The notes beneath the pieces are model-generated. The model ran no database searches, had not been told where the DNA came from, and saw only the letters and a list, made by a program, of their open reading frames with translations. A stretch of DNA of 53,543 nt, the filler included, from Sluysia triapertura (lineage: Eukaryota), in NCBI GenBank assembly GCA_046118255.1. It is 4 parts of 4 records of this genome, joined end to end, with 100 filler letters (N's around TTAATTAATTAA, not from the genome) between each part and the next. Parts side by side here need not be neighbours in the genome. Positions count along the whole stretch, not along the records: positions 1 to 14,901 come from JBJNIA010244875.1; positions 15,002 to 29,212 come from JBJNIA010003225.1; 2 more parts are not named here. One strand, given 5' to 3'. Position numbers and translations under genes: made by a program. This document shows, one piece after another, positions 11,514 through 19,563 of the stretch. How positions within the stretch are numbered: the first letter of the stretch is position 1; each line of letters opens with the position of its first letter.

Positions 11514-13024
11514 TTAACGAAATGTTAACTGAGAACAATCTAACTGATTCATTTCATGAATTATAGATTTTAATTTGGAGCAAGATAATATGATTAAGTC
11601 TTGAGACGCTAGACCTATATGAAGACAATTTCTTTTAATGATAAGTTCTTTAACTTGGGAATAAAAATAATTATAATCTCTATTCATATCATTTGATCTC
11701 ATTTTTTTATGACTGTTAAATTTAATATCTTTATGCAAGTTTAAAATCAAAGATTCAATAAAGTTTATGAAATAAACAAATAAAACTGTAAAAATTTCTT
11801 TATTTTTAAACGAAACAATTAATTTAAAATTTATTGCAGAATCCTTGTGTAACGCAATTGGCCTTGCTTTTAATTTGTCGTCTAAATAAAAATTAAAATT
11901 AAAATTGTATAATGAGTTTACAAAAGAAAAATTTACACTGTTATTACACCACGAAATTTCCGAATTCCACACTTTTGTATTTGGATCTTGGGACGTCAAG
12001 CAGCATGAGCAACTGACTACATGGCGAGAAGATTTGTAGTATCGAACATGGGTAATTCTAACATAAATTCAGTGACAATATTATAAAATTCATGAATCGT
12101 TATGTTACTCACGTGTCTACTAATACTCATAAAAACATCTTTAAAATTATCAATAATATCTTTAACACTTTGAGCAAATTTATCATCTTTAAACTTTTCA
12201 AAAACAGTATTCCTATTATGATCTAAAAGTATTGACAAACTCGATGCTCTTAGAATACTCATGAGACATAGATTACATGAGGTAATTATAAGATCAGTAA
12301 TCATAATGTTACGAAAATTAATGTGATGACTAGTCATATGATATATGAAAAAGCTATAAACATTTATTACATATTTAGTTGTTAACATATAAAAAAATAA
12401 ATAATTAATGAATACGAACAGATATGTAGCATTTAGTAAAATATCATCTTTAACTGTATATTTCATGTTTTCTTTACTAAGAACGATCATTAAAATGTTG
12501 AATGCCACGGTGATATTGCCTTTGTCACGACTGTGGTCTTTTAGAAAATAGATTAAGAAAATAATGAATTCATACGCCATATTAACTTGATTTATTATAA
12601 TATTACTCTTCTCCTTTTTGAATATAGTCTTTATAATTAAACGATTGTCGAAAATTATAATGTATCTCGTTACCGAGTTGCATGTTAATAACTGAACTTG
12701 TTCCTTGATTAAAAACAAACGATCATGGTATGTGCGAATTGGATCCGATGATATAAAACTATAAACTTGTAACAATCTCTTCATCCATTCCAATTTTGGA
12801 AATATGCAACCTGAATTGAGTACATGCATAATTTTTGAACCAGATAATTTGTTGTTGTTCTCAGTTAATACTAAAGAATACTTCGTAGGGATATCAACTG
12901 TTCGACACATAAGATTATATCTCTCTCGCAAAAACTTTATAAATTCATTCTTTGATTGACTTGAAAATATAATGATTTTTATTTCTAGATTTAGTGAGAA
13001 ATAGAACTGTGAATTTTCATCCAT
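11514..13024 (-). pseudogene. Unit 2 main-arm orphan gene (~500 aa if one frameshift near 12020-12028 is repaired); F-box-like N-terminus
   Basis: The 335-aa ORF and the 161-aa ORF overlap in different frames; the second frame reads ...HVVSCSCCLTSQDP. The joined sequence FYNIVTEFMLELPMFDTTNL(L)HVVSCSCCL aligns with FYISSILLMLWNSIKCTCGLYVVSCNCDL (17384-17578). The N-terminus FSLNLEIKIIIFS resembles the F-box core LPxEIxxxIF. Could be an intact gene if the frameshift is an assembly error. Confidence 0.65.
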
Positions 13025-13193
13025 CTCTTGTCAACTGTAAATTTTTCAAAAATTTCTGGTTTAACCAATTTAATAACATAAAAATTTTTTTGAAATTTAT
13101 AACAATCTTCGTTCTGTTGGTTCGACAAAAAATTGCAAAATGAAAAACTTATATTTGAGTTTTTATCAAATTCTTTTTTTAATTAGATTAATG

Positions 13194-13657
13194 ATTGGTT
13201 ATCCAACCAAATCGTGTATATGATGTCTAGACATACACGTTTTTGGTTGGATAATCAATATAGTAGTTAACTGTTGATGATTAAGCCAACAATGATGGCC
13301 GTCATCGTCATCGCTGATATATAATTTTAAATGTTAAACGAAATTTCACCGATGATGATGGCGGTAACAAAGCTGGTTTGACGTACAATTTGTGCTGCTT
13401 AAATAATTAGTATTATTATTATTATTTTGATTATTATTATTGTTACTGTTATTATTTTTATTATTATTATGATTACAATAATTATTATTATTATATACGC
13501 ATGCATTTCTTTATATTCACAATAAAACAAGATCTTTCTTTCTCTTCTTGAAACTTCTAGACATATTTTGACTTGAAATGAAATAGAAAATAATAGAATT
13601 GGATGTAATAACAGCAGTAATAAGATGAACAATGTTATGGTTATTGCTGTTATTACA
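13194..13657. promoter_or_regulatory. Conserved hairpin module, copy 2 (B 13194-13259, A 13299-13364, C 13604-13657)
   Basis: B: ATTGGTTATCCAACCAAA-TCGTGTAT / ATACACG-TTTTTGGTTGGATAATCAAT. A: CCGTCATCGTCATCGCTGA/TCACCGATGATGATGGCGG, then TAAC. C: TGTAATAACAGCAGTAAT/GTTATTGCTGTTATTACA. Confidence 0.85.
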
Positions 13658-14110
13658 CTGCATAAACATTTGGATTCCTTAAAAACTGTACACGAACTTG
13701 CTTTTTGAATATTTTAAATTTCTAACATATTTTAACTAAAAACCTTTAAGTGGAGGTTGATTTGAGTATATGTTAAAGAGATGAATTGTAGTCTACTCTT
13801 GCTATATTCGAAAGTTAATCGCACCTTGTTCTCTTCTTGTTTCTGAGTGGTATTGTCTTTGTGCTGTTAGTGATTATGTGATAATAAATGATGAATATGA
13901 AAGGTTGCAGTTGATTCGAAGATGTCGAGTGGGTAATTTTAAGTGGTTAAGGTTTGATTATTATAAATATAGAGTAACATGTTTTTAATGGATCTGTTGA
14001 TGTAATGTGATTGTATTAGGTGTGAATGAGATTTGGATATTATGACTTATTTTTGGTGGATGAAGTGTTTTGTGAGTGTATTGGAGATAGATATGTGAAT
14101 GTTGAGGTGC
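13600..14110 (+). pseudogene. Unit 2 partner arm: decayed 'VVxCxC' family ORF
   Basis: NSSNKMNNVMVIAVITLHKHLDSLKTVHELA and INDEYERLQLIRRCRVGNFK (13884-13943) align to KSNDNRVYGARVIVAASLYKMNSYKTVFNFA and MNNVFEMLYLNRRCEVGTFY of the unit 3 partner. Confidence 0.65.
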
Positions 14111-14159
14111 TGAAAAATTAAATTAATTTTTTTATAAAATTTAATAGTTATAAAGTTTG

Positions 14160-14901
14160 TCCACCACACTAAAAATAGATTAATTAATTAAAATCTTAAT
14201 TACTTTAATTAAGAAAAAGTACGTTTTTGTGAATAATGTTTGAATACAAAGTTGAAAGTATACACATTTGTTTTCAAAAGACCTTTAGATAAAGATATAA
14301 TATGATCGGGTTCATACAAAACAGTCTAGGTCGTTTAAGACATGAAAGAAATTGATTGATAAAATTGGATGAAGAAGATGTGTAAAATTTAAAATGTGAA
14401 GTTATTTTTGGCGAATTTTTTATTTTCAATTTGTAAGAATAGTTTATATTTGTTGTGTCACCCTTAGTTTATTATATTATCTGTATTAATTAATTAATCT
14501 ATAGATTTTATGATGGTTGAAAAGTATTTTATATGCTTTCACCTTCAACCCTTTGATTTTTTCATCTACTTATTTATGCTAGTTATTATTGTATCAAATT
14601 TATCTTTATTATCATTAACAATGATTCCATTGCTCAAATGTTATAAAGATTTATTAAATTACTCAAAGTTCTAAAGTACTTATCAAAGTTTTAAGAATAC
14701 TTAAATAATCTCAAGCTTCCACAAGTTCTCACACCTCATAAATATATTTGGAACTCAAAAATATTCGTTAGCTCTCAACATTACCTTAGATACTTTCATC
14801 TTCCTAATTCTTACTCCATCATTATTTTATTGTTTTACTCATTGTTTTGTATCAATTCTTTCTCCATTTTCCAATTCCACATCTTCTTCATCCAATTCAT
14901 T
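14160..14901. repeat. Repeat family R1, copy 2 (rearranged, two orientations)
   Basis: 14530-14900 is colinear with 40500-40920 (atgctttca, tatctttattat, ctcaaatgtt.taaagattt, ttggaactc, ccaattcca). 14178-14245 matches 3844-3903. Confidence 0.75.
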
Positions 14902-15001
14902 NNNNNNNNNNNNNNNNNNNNNNNNNNNNNNNNNNNNNNNNNNNNTTAATTAATTAANNNNNNNNNNNNNNNNNNNNNNNNNNNNNNNNNNNNNNNNNNN
15001 N
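14902..15001. other. Artificial contig-join linker N44-TTAATTAATTAA-N44
   Basis: Identical 100-nt construct at three places; the 12-mer gives stop codons in all six frames. Confidence 0.95.
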
Positions 15002-15008
15002 CATAGTA

Positions 15009-15059
15009 AAATCCAACGGCTGGCCCTAACCGGTAAGTCCAGTACGTTGGTGGACTCAC
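15009..15059 (+). repeat. Dispersed GC-richer repeat R3, copy 1
   Basis: 48/51 identical to 47573-47623; internal stem CCAACG..CTGG/CCAG..CGTTGG. Confidence 0.85.
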
Positions 15060-15427
15060 AATAAGTTTTTCATTTCTTGTATTCTCATTCCCACAACTCT
15101 GAAATTTTAATTGAAATTTTTCATCTAGCAATTTTAAGTTGCTAAAATCATATCAAAATATTTGAATTTTTTTTAAAGCGAAACCTTTTTAAATAAGAAA
15201 GAATTTAATCTTTCTGAACCTTGTAAGTCATATAAAATATCATCTTAGTTATTTATTAGTTAAATTATATTAATACCCTAAATTATCAGCAACATTTTGC
15301 AAATCACATTTTAAATAGTGATTTAAATTTCAGCGAATACATGTTATTTCATGTTGACCTCTACTTCGTTAAGAAAATTTAAAATTATTGCGCAATACTT
15401 GTCAATGGATGTAAATATTTTCCTTCA

Positions 15428-15648
15428 TTTATATGTATTTATTTTTATTTATTTGAATATTTTATATGTATTTTATTTTTATTTATTTGAATATTCTACA
15501 TGTATTTTATTTTTATTTATTTGAATATTTTATATGTATTCTATTTTTATTTATTTGAATATTTTATATGTATTTTATTTTTATTTATTTGAATATTTTA
15601 TATGTATTCTATTTTTATTTATTTGAATATTTTACATGTATTTTATTC
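15428..15648. repeat. 34-bp tandem repeat, ~6.5 copies
   Basis: Unit tatgtattttatttttatttatttgaatatttta; gaata recurs at 15455, 15489, 15523, 15557, 15591 and 15625. Confidence 0.95.
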
Positions 15649-16679
15649 ATAATTTTGCATAAATTTATGCATTTTTATTCAAATTTGTAAAACTAACGAT
15701 TAATAATAATATTTGATATAATTTTAATAAATTCGATAATAATAAAGAATTTAATATAAATATTTTAATTTCGACAAAATAAGAATAATAATAAAATAAA
15801 ATAGTTCATTAAAGTACTAAACTACAGGGTTACGACCTTTTAAGGTCATTTGATTATTGAAAAGTATAAGGTGAGAATTATTGATTTGTAGATATTATAA
15901 AATTTTTGTTGCATATTTAAAAATATTTGAAACGATTGTTATAAAACCAATTTATGAAACTTTTGGAGAAAGTTGGTAAATTACAGCAAATCTAATTTTG
16001 ATCAAACCATCAATTACAGTTCTTATATCAAATTCTGGATTCTTTATTAGATAGTTTTTTCGATTAGTCGTTAGTTTTAAAGTTGTTAAGGCTGACACAT
16101 TTTAAATGTGTCGAGTAAAATCGTACTTAATTTTATAAAATTTATAAGATTAGATTATTGTTTCATAATAATAATCAGATAATATTATTTTATTTGAGTT
16201 GTTAATATTAAAGAATTTAATATTCGTATTTCACAATACAAAATATCATCTTTTAACATTCAAACATTTTTAATTATAAATTGTAACATTGAAATTATTT
16301 GTAATTAATTGAATTTACAAGATTTTAATTCAGATAGTTTTAAAGTTTTTTTAAAATCCCATAAATTGTTGAATAAACCTAACTTTTAAAGGCAGAAAAT
16401 TATATTTTCAACAGATCCGTATTTGTGGTAAATACTTTTTTAACCTCGATGATAGCGGACTTTAATACATATCGAAATTTCAAATTACTAAGAATCTTCT
16501 TTAACAATATTAATCTCGCTGAAAAACGGAAAGTTAATCTCACTTTTATAAATATAAACAATTTTAAAATACGTTGGAACAATTTTCATACCTGTTTTAA
16601 AATCGGATTGTAAAATATATTATTTATGTAGATCCTGTTTAAATATTTTAGGTTGATAACACAAACTTCTAAAATTTAA

Positions 16680-16840
16680 AATACCATCACAATCTTTAAA
16701 ATTATTTAAAAATCTTATTTTCCAAAGAAGAAAAGTCGTTTCTAAAAATAGAATATACAATTCTAGAATATTCTATTGGTTGATTAATAGTTCATTAATA
16801 GTTACCATCTTATTCGCCACTTTAGAATTTGTCAGCCATT
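16680..16840 (+). repeat. Repeat family R2, copy 3 (internally deleted)
   Basis: ccatcacaa..ttaaaattatttaaaa..tctaaaaatag..ttctagaatattcta..cgccacttt shared with 5667-6005. Confidence 0.65.
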
Positions 16841-17109
16841 TTACTGTCAGTCATTTTTGTTATCAGCGATCTGTCAACTTTGCTTAGCAGCAGGTAACTC
16901 ATCAGAGTTTAAAATCAATAATTTTGTCAATTCCGAGCGATTAAATCAAGATTATTCGTAACAATATTTGCAATTTTCCGTAAGCTATTTTTATTAAGGA
17001 AATATTACCTTTCTTGAAAATTAATATATTAAAATCCACTCAAAATCTCTACGTTGTAAGTCGTTTACTATTACCAGACCATGCTTAAAACATTTCGTTG
17101 TAGGTTAAG

Positions 17110-17990
17110 TGTTAAGAAAACCACAATAAAGAGGATCGATGGGTGGCAAATACTCATAATCACTAAAAATTTATTAAAATTTCACAACATCTAAATCACA
17201 ATCATATTTAACACTACGAAACCACATTAATTAACTCATAAGAAACAAGACTCGGCAGTTACAATAATCCAACAACAAACACATCTCAAACAATCCATCT
17301 AATACTTTCGAACCTTCATTTCACACTACTCTGTAACAATCAATACCAAATATTTAATAATATTTACTCAATAGTTTATTGGCTTAAATCAAATCACAAT
17401 TACAACTTACAACATATAAACCACAAGTACATTTAATACTATTCCACAACATTAATAATATACTCGAAATATAGAAAGTACCTACTTCACACCTTCGATT
17501 CAAGTACAACATTTCAAACACATTATTCATATATGCACACAGAACAACAACACTAAAAACACCAAACAAAATAATCATACGAAGAGTTATATTGTAATTG
17601 CCCTTTTAAATTCAATAAATTACAACCTTCTCAATAAGCCCTTTATCCACAATATTTCAATGCATAAATCTTGTTTTCAAATATAGATTTCAATCAATGT
17701 ACAAGAACTTATTCTAACATTCTCTAATTTACTCCAAGATTCATATCAATTATTATACCTTCAAAGGTTAAATATATTTATCAATTCTTTTAAGACAATT
17801 CTTACTCAGAAATTTAGTCTCTAATACATTTCAATTCATTTCAACATGTTAAAAATCAGTAAATAGTTAAGCAAAATTGAATACAGTTTTATAAGAATTC
17901 ATTTTATACAATGAAGCAGCAACGATAACTCGAGCACCGTATACCCTGTTATCGTTGCTCTTTCATACAAAATCAGCAATCTTTATTTCA
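17110..17990 (-). pseudogene. Unit 3 partner arm: decayed 'VVxCxC' family ORF
   Basis: Includes ORF 17384-17578 (…MNNVFEMLYLNRRCEVGTFYISSILLMLWNSIKCTCGLYVVSCNCDLI) and upstream KSNDNRVYGARVIVAASLYKMNSYKTVFNFA. C/A-rich on +, i.e. G/T-rich on its sense strand. Confidence 0.65.
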
Positions 17991-18340
17991 TTTTATTTTT
18001 ATATGTTTAGAATAAGTATAAAAAGAAAGAAAAGATCTTCTAGAATACATTTAAAAAGACTTTTATGCGGTTTTTCCTTTTATTGTTAACAATAATAACG
18101 GCAATATTGTTGTTGTTATTATTGTTATCAATTTTAAAGTAATATAAATTTAATCTTTATAATTTTTACAAAATTAGTTCAACGAGTTGCTGCCATCATC
18201 AGTATTGATACTGCTTGTCAAAATTTTCATTATCGTGTCAATATTGATGATGGTTAATCATCAGCGATTACATTTGTGCATGTCACCCAATCAGAGCTGA
18301 TATTGATTAATGTTCGTTCTCGGGGTTCTGATTGGATGAC
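17918..18340. promoter_or_regulatory. Conserved hairpin module, copy 3, inverted (C 17918-17959, A 18193-18253, B 18282-18340)
   Basis: C: AGCAACGATAAC/GTTATCGTTGCT. A: CCATCATCAGTATTGATAC/GTGTCAATATTGATGATGG, preceded by GTTGCTG. B: GTCACCCAATCAGAGC/GTTCTGATTGGATGAC. Shared block tttcattt..atatgtttagaa..aagaaag..agatctt..ttatgcg. Confidence 0.85.
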
Positions 18341-18490
18341 CAGTCAGCTATTATTCTTACTAGCTAATTTTAAATTTTTTGGCAAAAGTTCGTAGATGAT
18401 AAAAATTTTTAATTAAAAGAGGAGATATACTTTATACTACTGGGCAAAAAAAATTTGAATTACGTTTTAGAATCTTCAATTACATAAATA

Positions 18491-19563
18491 ATGATTAACT
18501 GTGCTAATGTAGCTATATTCTACAAATATTCAAAAGCATTGGGAGCAGAATCCGGCTATCGTAAAGCTCAAATGAAACGGAAATTGTTATCAAGAATTAT
18601 GGATCATAGATATCTTATAGTAAATGCAAAGAGTCATCCACAAGAGTTTAGAAGGATTAAAATTGTAACGATTCAAGAAGATAATGAACAAGAAGAAATC
18701 TTGTCACAATGTTTAAATTACATTAAACAAATATATGAACTAATAAACAATACTGATCATTCTTACATCCCAAATTATCATACATTTATAATAAAAGAAG
18801 ATCTGATGACTCTTCAAACGATGCTCGCTAATAATCTATGTGATTCAATAATAGATGATACTCCGAACGAAGTTATAAAACATTATCATGACATTATTGT
18901 TAGATTTCCACGTAGTGAACGTATTATGGGTCACGTGACTCAAACAGCGGTAGACGAACTTGTTAAATATGTATATAAAGTTAGATCAGTAAAATTAGAG
19001 TCAGATAAACCGGTTAAAGATGTATATAAACTTAAATCAACAAAATTCGAAGTAGACAAACCTATTGGAGATATGTATCTAATTAACCGATTGACAAACT
19101 TGTCACAGATATATATAAAGTTGAACGAATCTGTATAGAATTCGATAAATCGACTACTACGGTGGTAAAGTGCATTTTGTACACGACCCAAGATGATATA
19201 GACATTATATTAAGCAGAATAATGAGAGCAAATAATAAAGTTATCCAACAACAGTATCGATTCAGCCAAAATGGAAATATGAGTTTAGTCGCAGTTAATA
19301 ATGAAAATCTAGAAGAGAACATTATCAGTAAAATATTATCAGTAAAATTCTGTTTTGTTTACGTTGATCATTATCTAAACTATTTAAATTTTTTAGGATT
19401 ATGTTCCAGTTATTGGCTCAAGGTCATTACCAAGGATGTGGTGCGAAAGATATTGCGAAATGACAAAACGAATAATATGATCCCAAAATGTATTAACAAA
19501 TTTTTTAAAAGAATTCCTAATGTGTTAATAATTATTAGTTATAGTGTGCTTAATACTTGTTAA
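18491..19563 (+). pseudogene. Unit 3 main-arm orphan gene, frameshifted within a 51-bp repeat; may extend to 19886
   Basis: The 215-aa ORF is joined to the 133-aa ORF by a frameshift near 19085; the second frame continues the repeat (IDKLVTDIYKVERICIEFDKSTTTVVKCILYTTQD). Confidence 0.65.
18953..19150 (+). repeat. Coding 51-bp (17-aa) tandem repeat, 4 units, third shortened to 38 bp
   Basis: Units start at 18953, 19004, 19055, 19093 and (partial) 19144: DELVKYVYKVRSVKLES / DKPVKDVYKLKSTKFEV / DKPIGDMYLIN.. / DKLVTDIYKVERICIEF / DKS. Confidence 0.85.

Noticed and set aside
13399-13632. 77-aa poly-Ile ORF (also the poly-Ile tail at 34477-34547 and 20263-20463)
   Set aside because: Translation of (AAT/ATT)n low-complexity DNA.
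14946-14957. TTAATTAATTAA palindrome recurring inside N runs (also 29257 and 42438)
   Set aside because: Artificial six-frame-stop contig linker, not biology; ORFs spanning Ns are artefacts.
15428-15648. 34-bp repeats as a CRISPR-like array
   Set aside because: Head-to-tail with no spacers; eukaryotic minisatellite.
12017-19162. Programmed -1 frameshifting, since the main ORFs of units 2 and 3 both shift to the -1 frame
   Set aside because: No shared slippery heptamer. The unit 3 shift is explained by a 13-bp deletion in a repeat, and other arms have multiple stops.
18940-19322. Antisense ORFs of 83 and 79 aa
   Set aside because: Shadows of the plus-strand coding repeat region.
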